A stretch of 64,000 nt of DNA from Escherichia phage ECO07P1. Location: the sequence record OP172784; one strand, written 5' to 3'. The notes below the pieces were generated by a model that was given only the letters and a program-made list of their open reading frames with translations, ran no database searches and was not told the origin of the DNA. The translations under genes were made by a program, and so were the position numbers. Of the stretch, positions 44,873-54,412 are shown in pieces. Position 1 is the first letter of the stretch. Each line of letters opens with the position of its first letter.

Positions 44873-45402
44873 GGAAATATGTGTTTATTTCAAGTGAAAG
44901 CGGTTTAATTCGTGTTGAATTTAAAAATGACATCTTCCTTATTCAAGGAGATGATATTATTAAAATGAGTTATGACGAAATCAAGAAAATTTGCCGTGCT
45001 CTTGAAAGTCATGGAAAAGTAAATGCTACTATCGATATAGGTGATTTATGGGTGACACTTTATGAAGTATCCGAAGGATTTAACATTGAAGATGAAAACA
45101 ACATCTTAGCTATTGATAAAAGAAGTGATTTGTTTGATGTGTTAAAAGTTTATGAACAGTCAAACGGTGGAAGAAAAGCTGCATTGATTTATCAAAAACC
45201 ACATTCATGTGGAACTGCTTCAATCATTTCAAATATTGAAGATGAAACTGATACTTATATGTGTGTTTTAAAGGCTGGCGGTGATCGTCATCCGGATTTT
45301 ATTTCTATTCGTCAAAACAATGGAGAAATTTCATTATCAAAATCAGAAGCTGAAGCTATGATTAAGTATTTAACAACTGTTACACCTTCAATGAAAGGAT
45401 AG
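44869..45402 (+). CDS. hypothetical protein, tandem paralog B
   Basis: 177 aa; shares GFNIEDEN and SEAEAMIKYLTTVTPSM with paralog A. Confidence 0.55.
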   Translation: MRKYVFISSESGLIRVEFKNDIFLIQGDDIIKMSYDEIKKICRALESHGKVNATIDIGDLWVTLYEVSEGFNIEDENNILAIDKRSDLFDVLKVYEQSNGGRKAALIYQKPHSCGTASIISNIEDETDTYMCVLKAGGDRHPDFISIRQNNGEISLSKSEAEAMIKYLTTVTPSMKG

Positions 45403-45404
45403 TT

Positions 45405-45866
45405 ATGATTATTAATGAAAGCTCTTGGCACTATAAATTATTCAAAATGTTTAATGATGAATGGAAACGACCTAAGACACTGTGCGCGTATTTTTGGTCT
45501 ATTGTTATTCCTACATTTTTCGTTTCTTTTTTCGGATGTACTATACTCGCAGGTCTAACTATCATCTGCGCAGAAATTATGCAGAAATGGCTTATTTTTG
45601 GTAGTTTATGGACTCTTATTCCATCAGCATTTATACTTGCCATTTTGCTTGTTTTACTTATTATTGGTTCATTTGTTATTCCTGCACAACTGCGTGAAAA
45701 ATATAAAGATTATAAATGGAAAAAGGATTATGCTTTACATGTAGAAAATATTGATAGGGCGTATAAAGGTTTACCTCCTATTCAACCCAAGAAATCTATT
45801 ATCGTCGAATTTTTAAAAACGCGTAAAGCTAAAGTATGTCCTGTTATTGAATATAAGGCTGAATGA
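45405..45866 (+). CDS. two-TM membrane protein
   Basis: 153 aa with two long hydrophobic segments and basic C-terminus. Confidence 0.55.
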   Translation: MIINESSWHYKLFKMFNDEWKRPKTLCAYFWSIVIPTFFVSFFGCTILAGLTIICAEIMQKWLIFGSLWTLIPSAFILAILLVLLIIGSFVIPAQLREKYKDYKWKKDYALHVENIDRAYKGLPPIQPKKSIIVEFLKTRKAKVCPVIEYKAE

Positions 45867-46876
45867 TGAAAACTGTAGTTAAGTCTTATTTTGGTAGTCA
45901 TCTTTATGGAACTTCTACTCCAGAATCTGATGTAGATTTTAAAGAAATCTTTGTTCCTCCTGCTCGCGATATTCTTATCGGAAATGTTAAAGAGCATATG
46001 AGTAAAAATACTAACAACACATCATCTAAAAACACTAAAGATGATATTGACCATGAACTATACAGTCTTAAGTATTTCTTTAAATTAGCAACAGATGGTG
46101 AAACCGTAGCATTGGATATGCTCCACACTCCACCTGAACTGGTAGTTAAATCTGATTTGCCTGATGTATGGAAGTTTATTCAAGACAATCGTTCTCGTTT
46201 TTATACGACTAACATGAAATCCTATTTAGGATATGTCCGCAAGCAAGCTTCTAAATATGGTGTTAAGGGTTCTCGTTTGGCCGCATTACGTGATGTATTG
46301 AAAGTAGTTAATCAAATCCCCGATCAGTGGGTTGATTACCGAGAAGATGGAACACAAGGACAACGTCGTACTAAAATTGCAGATATTAAGCATCGTCTTC
46401 CAGAAAACGAGTTCTGCGAATGGGTATTCCATAATCATGAGAAAACGGGCCCGCAAACGTTCTATACTGTGTTGGGTCGTAAATATCAAACAACGCTTTC
46501 TCTTATTGAGCTTAAGCAGTCTTTGAATAAACTTGATGCTGAATATGGTGAACGTGCTCGTAAAGCTGAAGCTAATGAGGGCATTGACTGGAAAGCACTG
46601 AGTCATGCTTGCCGAGGTGGACTCCAACTATTGGAAATTTACAAAACTGGTGACTTAGTCTATCCACTCCAAGACGCTCCATTTATTCTCGACGTGAAGT
46701 TGGGTAAACATCCATTTAAAACTGTTCAAGAGTTTTTGGAAGATGTGGTCGATCAAGTAGAAGCAGCATCCATTGAAGCTTCTAAGAACGGTATGCAGCA
46801 AAAAGTAGACATGGGTTTCTGGGATGACTTCCTTGAGAGGGTTTATCTTGAAAACCACCGAAGTTATTATAAATGA
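45863..46876 (+). CDS. nucleotidyltransferase-fold protein (Pol-beta-like)
   Basis: 337 aa; N-terminal GS...DxD signature GSHLYGTSTPESDVDF; terminator follows. Confidence 0.55.
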   Translation: MMKTVVKSYFGSHLYGTSTPESDVDFKEIFVPPARDILIGNVKEHMSKNTNNTSSKNTKDDIDHELYSLKYFFKLATDGETVALDMLHTPPELVVKSDLPDVWKFIQDNRSRFYTTNMKSYLGYVRKQASKYGVKGSRLAALRDVLKVVNQIPDQWVDYREDGTQGQRRTKIADIKHRLPENEFCEWVFHNHEKTGPQTFYTVLGRKYQTTLSLIELKQSLNKLDAEYGERARKAEANEGIDWKALSHACRGGLQLLEIYKTGDLVYPLQDAPFILDVKLGKHPFKTVQEFLEDVVDQVEAASIEASKNGMQQKVDMGFWDDFLERVYLENHRSYYK

Positions 46877-46878
46877 TA

Positions 46879-46902
46879 GGGAGCCTTCGGGCTCCCTTTT
46901 TT
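46879..46902 (+). terminator. rho-independent terminator
   Basis: GGGAGCCTTCGGGCTCCC then TTTTTT. Confidence 0.75.
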
Positions 46903-46925
46903 GTTTAAAATGACGTCACAAAGTT

Positions 46926-46955
46926 GTTTACTTCTATCGCAAAGCATATTATAAT
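46926..46955 (+). promoter_or_regulatory. T4-type early promoter
   Basis: CACAAAGTTGTTTAC-N18-TATAAT. Confidence 0.65.
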
Positions 46956-47001
46956 ATATGTGTAGTTAATTAATTGCTCTTTAAAAATTGAGGAGAATAC
47001 A

Positions 47002-47487
47002 ATGCATATTTTAATGCAATGCCTTGGCAACAAAATTAATGATTTTAATCATAAGCGTGTTAATGATTACATTAAAGACAAACTTGAGATTAAAGACATA
47101 CTTTTTAGAGGACTTACAATAGAGGAAGTGCTATCTTATAAGTTTGAAGTTAATAGGAGAATCAAATTTAAAAGAATAACTTCCTTTAGCAGTGAGTCTC
47201 ATATAGCTGAAACGTTTGCTGCAGAACGCTATATGACTAATATTTTAGTAGTGTTAAAAAATGCAAACGTTTTTGACTATTCGACTGCTATGATTGACAT
47301 TTTAGAAAATTTAATCGCAATTGAAGAATCTGGCCAAACTGACGATGATAAGCTTAACAAGCTTTATGATAATCTTTGCATGGTAGATTATGAAAGAGAG
47401 TTTTTACTGCCAATTAATTCTGAGTTAATAGTTAAAAACATATATTTTGATAGCAAAAAGAACATGCATATAGTAGAAATGGAATAA
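47002..47487 (+). CDS. hypothetical protein, stand-alone early unit
   Basis: 161 aa between its own promoter and terminator; weak FRG / SFS / ERE pattern reminiscent of ADP-ribosyltransferases, speculative. Confidence 0.5.
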   Translation: MHILMQCLGNKINDFNHKRVNDYIKDKLEIKDILFRGLTIEEVLSYKFEVNRRIKFKRITSFSSESHIAETFAAERYMTNILVVLKNANVFDYSTAMIDILENLIAIEESGQTDDDKLNKLYDNLCMVDYEREFLLPINSELIVKNIYFDSKKNMHIVEME

Positions 47488-47498
47488 ATCAACACAAA

Positions 47499-47522
47499 GG
47501 GGACCCTAGAGGTCCCCTTTTT
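47499..47522 (+). terminator. rho-independent terminator
   Basis: GGGGACCCTAGAGGTCCCC then TTTTT. Confidence 0.75.
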
Positions 47523-47548
47523 ATTTCAAAAAATTTTTTCACAAAACG

Positions 47549-47578
47549 GTTTACAAGCATAAAGCTTTATGGTACTAT
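47549..47578 (+). promoter_or_regulatory. T4-type early promoter
   Basis: TTTTCACAAAACGGTTTAC-N18-TACTAT. Confidence 0.65.
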
Positions 47579-47615
47579 ACAACTATCAACTACTGATACA
47601 GATTTGGAGAATAAA

Positions 47616-48584
47616 ATGAAAACTGTAACTATCAATAAGGGTATCTACTTCGGTAAAGAAATCTCTGGAACTTTTGAGCTCTTAGGCGAATGGTTCCCAG
47701 ATAATGCTCCGGTAGATGCACAAGGAGATGGTAAAGTTTTTGTTGAAATTGACGGTAAACGTCGCGGTGTTTGGGTTTACAAATCAGATATTTCATATGA
47801 TGGTGTAAAAGTTGAAGAAGTTAAAGAATCATATGAAGATATGAAAACCCGCATTAATAAAAGATTTAATGTTATGGGAATGATGACGAATGGTATTATT
47901 AATGGAAATATTCGTTCATTAATTATCTCTGGCGCAGCAGGTATTGGTAAAACGTATTCTTTAGATAAAGCTTTAAATAAAGCAAATGATAATGGATACA
48001 TTGAATATAAAAGCATTAATGGTAAAATCTCTGGTATTGGTCTTTATGAGCAGCTTTGGAATAATCGTGAAGAGAACTCTGTCCTTTTGATTGATGATGT
48101 GGATGTTTTCTCTGATATGGACATTCTTAATCTTCTAAAAGCTGCTCTGGACACTGGAGAGACCCGTAAAGTCTGCTGGAGCACTGCATCTTCTTACTTA
48201 GAAGAAAAAGGCATTGACCGTGAGTTTGAATTTAAAGGAACGATTGTTTTTATCACAAACGTTGACATTGACCGCGAATTAGACCGTGGTACTAAACTTG
48301 CTCCACACTTACAAGCATTGGTGTCCCGCTCAGTTTATTTGGATTTGGGTGTTCACACTAATGAAGAAATTATGGTCAGGGTTGAAGATGTTATTCTTTC
48401 AACTGACATGATGCAAAAGCGCGGTCTTTCTGATGAAGAAACTTATAAAGCATTATCATGGATGAAAGTCAATGTTAATCGTTTACGCAATGTTTCACTG
48501 CGTACTGCTCTTTATCTTGCTGACTTTATTATGACCGACAAAAACGGTTGGGAAGAAATTGCTGAGGTTACTCTTCTGAAATAA
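47616..48584 (+). CDS. P-loop ATPase
   Basis: Start MKTVTINKG after GGAGAA; Walker A GAAGIGKT, Walker B LLIDDVD. Confidence 0.6.
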   Translation: MKTVTINKGIYFGKEISGTFELLGEWFPDNAPVDAQGDGKVFVEIDGKRRGVWVYKSDISYDGVKVEEVKESYEDMKTRINKRFNVMGMMTNGIINGNIRSLIISGAAGIGKTYSLDKALNKANDNGYIEYKSINGKISGIGLYEQLWNNREENSVLLIDDVDVFSDMDILNLLKAALDTGETRKVCWSTASSYLEEKGIDREFEFKGTIVFITNVDIDRELDRGTKLAPHLQALVSRSVYLDLGVHTNEEIMVRVEDVILSTDMMQKRGLSDEETYKALSWMKVNVNRLRNVSLRTALYLADFIMTDKNGWEEIAEVTLLK

Positions 48585-48685
48585 TTCATAAGAGGACTTC
48601 TATGACAAAAAGGCAGTTCAGAAATAGATTATATGGACTGCCATCAAAAAGATGACTAGAATTAAACTGGTGAATGGAGGTAGTG

Positions 48686-48988
48686 ATGTTATACTCAAAG
48701 GCTCGTGAAATTTACGAAACTAAGATTAAAGAAGCTGTATTTCAATTCGCAACGACAATGCGATGGACAAATGACTGGGAGTATTCAAAAAATCATAAGA
48801 AGCCCATGGTGACAAGAAAGGCTCATATGTTAGTGTTAATAGACCGTGAGCAGATTAAAGCCCGAGAAGCCCTCCAGAATCATAAAAAGGCTGCCTTTGA
48901 ATGGTTTATGGATAACACTGCTCCTGAGACTAAGAAAGCAGTGAGCGCATGGTTCAGTGGAAAAAATTGTGAAAGAAGTTTCTTTTAG
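48686..48988 (+). CDS. hypothetical basic protein
   Basis: Start MLYSKAREIY after GGAGG Shine-Dalgarno. Confidence 0.5.
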   Translation: MLYSKAREIYETKIKEAVFQFATTMRWTNDWEYSKNHKKPMVTRKAHMLVLIDREQIKAREALQNHKKAAFEWFMDNTAPETKKAVSAWFSGKNCERSFF

Positions 48989-48990
48989 TG

Positions 48991-49020
48991 GTTTACAAGA
49001 CTGTTCCTCTGTGGTACTAT
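48991..49020 (+). promoter_or_regulatory. T4-type early promoter
   Basis: GTTTAC-N18-TACTAT. Confidence 0.6.
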
Positions 49021-49048
49021 ACAACTATCAACTACGGAGGAACAGAAA

Positions 49049-49576
49049 ATGAACGCTAAAGATATTTTCAACTTGGTAAATTACAATGATGGTAAATTTA
49101 AATCTGAAGCACAAAGCAAGTTCTTTAACGACATCTCAATCGGAGGTGAAATCACTGTTGATGGAGGACAAATTTACAAATCCCGTTGGAATTGGATCGT
49201 TATTATTGATGAGATTGGTATTGTAGAAATTTACAAGAATACGAATAAAAATCGTACATTACATTGGTCTCGTGATACTAACGAACAGTACAAAAAGGAT
49301 AAAGCATCTAAATTATCTCGTGTAACTCAAGAAGATATTGAGTTTATCAAGAAAGATATTTTAATGTATGATAACTTAATTGCTGAAGAACAAGCTGTTA
49401 TTGATAAATTTGATGAGATTAAAGCTTCTCGTGAAATTCCTGATTTTATGAAAGAATCAGTAAATGAACGATACTCTCTCATTTCAGAGCGTATTGAAAC
49501 TTACAAAAAGCAAAGAGCTGAACGCCAAAATACTCTTCGGAAGTTTGAAGAACGGTTAAAGACGGTACTCGCATAA
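49049..49576 (+). CDS. hypothetical protein
   Basis: 175 aa; early promoter upstream; C-terminal helical basic tail. Confidence 0.55.
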   Translation: MNAKDIFNLVNYNDGKFKSEAQSKFFNDISIGGEITVDGGQIYKSRWNWIVIIDEIGIVEIYKNTNKNRTLHWSRDTNEQYKKDKASKLSRVTQEDIEFIKKDILMYDNLIAEEQAVIDKFDEIKASREIPDFMKESVNERYSLISERIETYKKQRAERQNTLRKFEERLKTVLA

Positions 49577-49577
49577 C

Positions 49578-49602
49578 CGCTTTATACCAAGGATGGTATA
49601 AT
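49578..49602 (+). promoter_or_regulatory. MotA-type middle promoter candidate
   Basis: CGCTTTA (MotA-box-like), 12-nt spacer, TATAAT. Confidence 0.4.
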
Positions 49603-49631
49603 GGTTCTAAGCCCTTTTAATTGAGATTATT

Positions 49632-50039
49632 ATGAAACAGTTGATAATTAAAAGATTGAATTTATTGATATGTTGTTTATGTGTAGTAGTTGCATACGGT
49701 TATTACGCAATTAATGATTATATGCATTATAAAGATTATGATGTTACTGTAGTTAATACCATTACAGGAACACAAGGAAAAGGGTCTAGTTTATCGTTTA
49801 TTGCCGTATATGAACTTAAAGACGGTTATAGATTTAGTGAATATATTTCCCCAGAGATGTATTCTTCAATAGAAAAAGGTGATAATATTACTGTAAGTTT
49901 ACGTCCTTTCGACGTAAAACAGACAATGTTTGATAATATTGTTTGGTTCTTTGGGATGGTATTAGTTCAATCCGTGTGTGGCGCTTATGTAGTCTGTTCA
50001 ATCATATTCTGTGTATTTAGTAAAATTGAAATTGAGTGA
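49632..50039 (+). CDS. membrane protein (N- and C-terminal TM segments)
   Basis: 135 aa; hydrophobic LLICCLCVVVAYGYYAI and WFFGMVLVQSVCGAYVVCSIIF; MotA-type promoter upstream. Confidence 0.55.
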   Translation: MKQLIIKRLNLLICCLCVVVAYGYYAINDYMHYKDYDVTVVNTITGTQGKGSSLSFIAVYELKDGYRFSEYISPEMYSSIEKGDNITVSLRPFDVKQTMFDNIVWFFGMVLVQSVCGAYVVCSIIFCVFSKIEIE

Positions 50040-50046
50040 GGAAAAT

Positions 50047-50937
50047 ATGTCAGTGGTAATTAATAATGTCAATGCAGTAATTAAATCTTTAGTTAATAAA
50101 AAAATGATGAATGAATGGACTGTATTTCGTCGTGGAGAGCCAGATAAATTTTTTCATAGATTTAACCCAACTTTGGATTTGAATGTTATCGACAAAGATG
50201 TTCATGCAGAAATTTTAGATAAGTTTAAAGTTGATATTGGATTTGGATTAGAAAAACATTTACAGCGAACAAGCGGATCTGGAATGAGTTTATCTAATCG
50301 CATTATGAAAGCCCTTAATAAAATTGGAGCATTGTCTCGTATTAATGCGAGTGAAATTCTTCGTAATTATAATAAAGGATATGACCTTTATGGTCGACTA
50401 ATGCCGAAATTATCATTCGATCAAATGATTGCGGATTTGTGGGAAAATCAACGACGATTATTAGCATTAGGCGCTCGATTAGCTAAAGGTCTAGATAAAC
50501 AAATGATTTTTAAGACCAATAATACAGAAGACCTTAAATGCTTTAAATTTAGTATTCGTGGAGATGATTATTACATCAGAGCTCACTCTACAGATTATGT
50601 CAATATGGGGCATCATCTCTGTTTAGCTTTTGAAGTTTTAAAAGAAGCTGGAACATTAGAATATTCATCTGGTGCTAAATGCCCTATTGGTTCAAGTTGT
50701 ATTTTAATTTATCGCCCGGATGAATTCAGTTCAACTAAATTGCCTACAAAACCTGTACCGGTTCGTAGTAACGAAAAACATTCTGAACAAATTGATTATT
50801 TTAATAAGCAGATTGAAGAGCTGAATATTTCTATTCAACAATATGACGATGAAATTTTCAGACTATCTGGATTGAGTAGTAAAGCTAAATCTGAGCGTGA
50901 AAAGTTAATTAAAATTGTTGATTTACTTAAATCTTAA
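50047..50937 (+). CDS. hypothetical protein with C-terminal coiled-coil tail
   Basis: Start MSVVINNVNAV after GAGTGAGGAAAAT; last ~45 aa heptad-like. Confidence 0.55.
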   Translation: MSVVINNVNAVIKSLVNKKMMNEWTVFRRGEPDKFFHRFNPTLDLNVIDKDVHAEILDKFKVDIGFGLEKHLQRTSGSGMSLSNRIMKALNKIGALSRINASEILRNYNKGYDLYGRLMPKLSFDQMIADLWENQRRLLALGARLAKGLDKQMIFKTNNTEDLKCFKFSIRGDDYYIRAHSTDYVNMGHHLCLAFEVLKEAGTLEYSSGAKCPIGSSCILIYRPDEFSSTKLPTKPVPVRSNEKHSEQIDYFNKQIEELNISIQQYDDEIFRLSGLSSKAKSEREKLIKIVDLLKS

Positions 50938-50945
50938 GGAACACT

Positions 50946-51974
50946 ATGAAAACTCGTTCTCAAATTGAAGATATGGTTCGTAATGCCAGCTATACTCGTG
51001 ATGTTATGACATTTTTGTGTGAAAATAATTTAGACCCTGATAAAGTTAATCGTGTTATTCATCACTTTAAGTATACGAATAGCAGTGAATGGGTGCGTAA
51101 TTTTAGTAAAGCAGGGTATATTACACAAATGACGGCTCGTGAGCAGCTCACCGATTTCTGTAAAACTATTGATTATAAAAATCCTCTATTTGTTCAAGGC
51201 GTTGGTCAAAGTAAGGTCGATTTATCATCTGGATTTTTTAATCCAAATCATTATCGTATTGAATGGAGATTTATTGCTCTGTTCCGTAAACAATTAAAGC
51301 AAATTTTGTCTACTGCTAGTCGATTAAAAGGCTCTGATATTAACTTAAAGAACCTGAAATTTGATGGTTATACTCTTCAGATGGAAGTAAGACCATTAAA
51401 AGAAAATAATAGAACTGCACGAATTAGCTTTAAACCTAATACAAAAAATTCTCTTTCAATTTGCGAATGCCTTAAATCACAGTTAACAGAAGCATTTAAG
51501 TATATGGATGTTGTTGCCGCTGTTCAGTCTAAGATTTTACCTCGTTTTGAGCGAAATTGGGAACATACAACAACGTATGAACTTGATATGATCGTTTCAT
51601 TTAAATACGATTTTTTGAGAAAGGACGAAGTCACGCAAGAGAAAAAGCAGGAAGTGCAAGATAACTTAAATTTAAATTTATCCAATTACTCATCAAACGA
51701 TCCTAAATTTTGGATGTATAGTTCAGGTAATAAGGATGCATGGAAATTCAATAAAGTGAATTTTCTTCCTGATGAAAATCCGAGTCTTAAACCTGTTGAA
51801 AAATGGCATGCTGATGCGATTGAGAAGTCTCTTAAGGCAGTAGATGATGAACTCGTTAAAGCAACTAATGAAGTGTTAGAAGCTGAAAAGATGCTAGAAA
51901 AAGCTCAAGAAAAAGTCAAAAATCTTACGAAGCAACGTTCTAAACTGAACAATGCACTAAATGCACTAAACTAG
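50946..51974 (+). CDS. hypothetical protein with C-terminal coiled-coil tail
   Basis: 342 aa; C-terminus ...EAEKMLEKAQEKVKNLTKQRSKLNNALNALN. Confidence 0.55.
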   Translation: MKTRSQIEDMVRNASYTRDVMTFLCENNLDPDKVNRVIHHFKYTNSSEWVRNFSKAGYITQMTAREQLTDFCKTIDYKNPLFVQGVGQSKVDLSSGFFNPNHYRIEWRFIALFRKQLKQILSTASRLKGSDINLKNLKFDGYTLQMEVRPLKENNRTARISFKPNTKNSLSICECLKSQLTEAFKYMDVVAAVQSKILPRFERNWEHTTTYELDMIVSFKYDFLRKDEVTQEKKQEVQDNLNLNLSNYSSNDPKFWMYSSGNKDAWKFNKVNFLPDENPSLKPVEKWHADAIEKSLKAVDDELVKATNEVLEAEKMLEKAQEKVKNLTKQRSKLNNALNALN

Positions 51975-52004
51975 TTTACTTTGCCACAAGGATGTGGTAT
52001 AATG
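51975..52004 (+). promoter_or_regulatory. T4-type early promoter
   Basis: GTTTAC-N18-TATAAT. Confidence 0.65.
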
Positions 52005-52031
52005 TTCTTACTTTCTACTGAGGAGATTAAT

Positions 52032-52958
52032 ATGACTCGTAAACATTATATTGATTATTTTGATAGTCTTATTACTAAACATCGTAATTATCAGATAGGA
52101 CACAGAGCAGTAATCAATAATATTCTTCGTGATTTTTTAGACTATATTGGGTGGGAAAACCATATTTGTAAAGATACACAAAATGCATATTCACATTCTC
52201 TTGGTTCTTTGCTAGAGTGGTTCAAACGTTCCCGATTACTATCTTCTGTGATAGCTCGTGATAACATTAAAAACTTTATGAAGCCGAGCTTTATTAAATC
52301 TGAGACATCTATAACTGATTTGGTTGAATTTACTATTGTTAACGATGTTAAAAAGACCCGTTTGGCTGATTGGTTATCTACCATTCCTGAAACTAAATTT
52401 GCTGATAAATTTGCTTGTCAATTCAATGACCAAGTGAATATGCTTTTTAAGCATGCTCGCAAACTATTTACCGCAGGCGATGATCGTACAAATAAAGTTC
52501 ATGTTAAAGATTGGGTTACTGCAGTATTCAAACCAACCGGTAATGGTAACGCATCATTATCAATTGATATCCAGGTTCCTTATTATTACTCACGTAATCT
52601 CGGCACCATGACAGCTAGAGAAATTAATAAGCATAACAAAACTATTCGTTCGTTGTCTTATAAACTCTGCACGATGGTGGAGATGATGGACGTAGTGGAA
52701 ATGTATGATGAAACCGAAGATAATAGTTCAATGTTATACAGTTCACGCATTTTAATTAAACTGAAGAATCCTAATACATATAAGCCAGTTGTAAAAGAAC
52801 CTAAAGTAGAAAAGGTTGATAACTTGAGCGAAGAACGTGAATACCTCAAATCTCGACTAGTTGAAGTTGAAGCCCAGATTGCCGAACACACCAAATTGTT
52901 AAAAGCTCTTAATGCAAAAGCAAATGGTTTACGCAATGCTATTGAGGTATTGAAATGA
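52032..52958 (+). CDS. hypothetical protein with C-terminal coiled-coil tail
   Basis: Start MTRKHYIDYF after GAGGAG; C-terminus ...[30 protein letters not shown]. Confidence 0.55.
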   Translation: MTRKHYIDYFDSLITKHRNYQIGHRAVINNILRDFLDYIGWENHICKDTQNAYSHSLGSLLEWFKRSRLLSSVIARDNIKNFMKPSFIKSETSITDLVEFTIVNDVKKTRLADWLSTIPETKFADKFACQFNDQVNMLFKHARKLFTAGDDRTNKVHVKDWVTAVFKPTGNGNASLSIDIQVPYYYSRNLGTMTAREINKHNKTIRSLSYKLCTMVEMMDVVEMYDETEDNSSMLYSSRILIKLKNPNTYKPVVKEPKVEKVDNLSEEREYLKSRLVEVEAQIAEHTKLLKALNAKANGLRNAIEVLK

Positions 52959-53272
52959 AAAAGCGTCTATTAGAAGATATTGCAGCTTCAAGTAATTCCA
53001 GTCTAATTAAAATTATTATGGCTGGTGAAGAAGACGATATGGAAATGCGTGGAAAGATTCATGGTTGCGATGATTTAGACTTTAAACCTCCAGCCTGGGA
53101 TGCCATTATGGTTATGGTTGAACGCCGCGAAAGGGCTTCTAAGAATGTTCCGAACTGCCCAAAATGTGGTACTGAACAGGTTCAATTAATTCATTGGCAG
53201 ACTAGTAATCTTCGTTATAAATGTCGTCATTGCAAACACCGATTTAACCGAGAAGAAAATGACCAAGCGTAA
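52955..53272 (+). CDS. zinc-ribbon protein
   Basis: 105 aa; CPKCG...CRHCKH four-Cys ribbon. Confidence 0.55.
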   Translation: MKKRLLEDIAASSNSSLIKIIMAGEEDDMEMRGKIHGCDDLDFKPPAWDAIMVMVERRERASKNVPNCPKCGTEQVQLIHWQTSNLRYKCRHCKHRFNREENDQA

Positions 53273-53501
53273 AGAATATATGGAGATTGCTGAAAAGGCA
53301 GTCCGTGAATTAGCAATAGCGTATTATAATGAACATGGTAAATTTCCTGATAGATACAGCGTGCTTAAATCTGCTTTAACTCGTTCATATAAAAATATGC
53401 TATCAGAAGTAAGTGATATTATATACAAACATAAAGAACAAACGGGCCAAAGTCTTGATTACGACGAGACTTTTAAACAAGTACTAGGAATTAAGGAATA
53501 A
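53259..53501 (+). CDS. hypothetical protein
   Basis: 80 aa; overlapping start. Confidence 0.5.
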   Translation: MTKRKEYMEIAEKAVRELAIAYYNEHGKFPDRYSVLKSALTRSYKNMLSEVSDIIYKHKEQTGQSLDYDETFKQVLGIKE

Positions 53502-53502
53502 T

Positions 53503-53766
53503 ATGTTTAAAGTATATGGTTATGATAGCAACATCCACAAATGTGTGTATTGCGATAATGCAAAACGTCTCTTGACTGTGAAGAAACAGCCGTTTGAATT
53601 TATCAACATTATGCCTGAAAAAGGTGTTTTTGATGATGAGAAAATTGCTGAGCTTCTGACGAAACTAGGTCGTGATACTCAAATCGGATTGACGATGCCT
53701 CAGGTATTTGCTCCTGATGGAAGTCATATTGGTGGATTTGACCAATTGCGGGAATACTTTAAATGA
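53503..53766 (+). CDS. nrdC: glutaredoxin / thioredoxin NrdC
   Basis: 87 aa as T4 NrdC; active site CVYC near N-terminus. Confidence 0.85.
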   Translation: MFKVYGYDSNIHKCVYCDNAKRLLTVKKQPFEFINIMPEKGVFDDEKIAELLTKLGRDTQIGLTMPQVFAPDGSHIGGFDQLREYFK

Positions 53767-53978
53767 TGCTTGAAGGAACTGATTATATCCATGACTACCG
53801 CGGAAGCGCGGTATATGTGGGTGATGAGGTTGCAGTTTATTATGGATATGGAACTTTGATGACAGCAAAGGTTATTCAAATTAAAAATGGCCGCGCTAAA
53901 CTCGAAGTTTATTATTCTAATGGTGAAAAGTCTATTTCTAAATGGAAATATGGCGATTGCATGGTCAAACTGGGGTAA
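53763..53978 (+). CDS. hypothetical protein
   Basis: 71 aa; ATGA overlap with nrdC stop. Confidence 0.5.
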   Translation: MMLEGTDYIHDYRGSAVYVGDEVAVYYGYGTLMTAKVIQIKNGRAKLEVYYSNGEKSISKWKYGDCMVKLG

Positions 53979-53980
53979 AT

Positions 53981-54289
53981 ATGATTTACGATGTTGATGC
54001 AGTTCTGAGTGAAATCATCGAAGACCATGATGCATTTTCAGAAAACTATGATTTCGATTTTTCGGATTATCTTAAACCTATCGAAATAGAAGACTGGGTA
54101 CAAGATGGCAAATGCCAATATCGGCAGTGTGTTTATTTTAGTCCAAAACATAACGTTCATGTGTCTGTAAATGAATCTCGCTCAGGTTCTTACCATTCTG
54201 ACTGGTATTATGCAGTTCCGACTGTTGAACTAGTTGAGCCCCGTGAACGTGTAGTAACTCAGACAATACGAGAATGGATTACGCTATAA
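53981..54289 (+). CDS. hypothetical acidic protein
   Basis: Start MIYDVDAVLSEII after GGGGTAAAT. Confidence 0.5.
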   Translation: MIYDVDAVLSEIIEDHDAFSENYDFDFSDYLKPIEIEDWVQDGKCQYRQCVYFSPKHNVHVSVNESRSGSYHSDWYYAVPTVELVEPRERVVTQTIREWITL

Positions 54290-54412
54290 AACCTTGGTGG
54301 GCGGCTAGATGGGAAACAGTAGAGCCAGAGCCGGAAGAACCGGTTTACACTGATGAAGAAACAGTATATAATGAACCAACGATAAATGACTTAATTGATA
54401 TGGAGATGGGAC

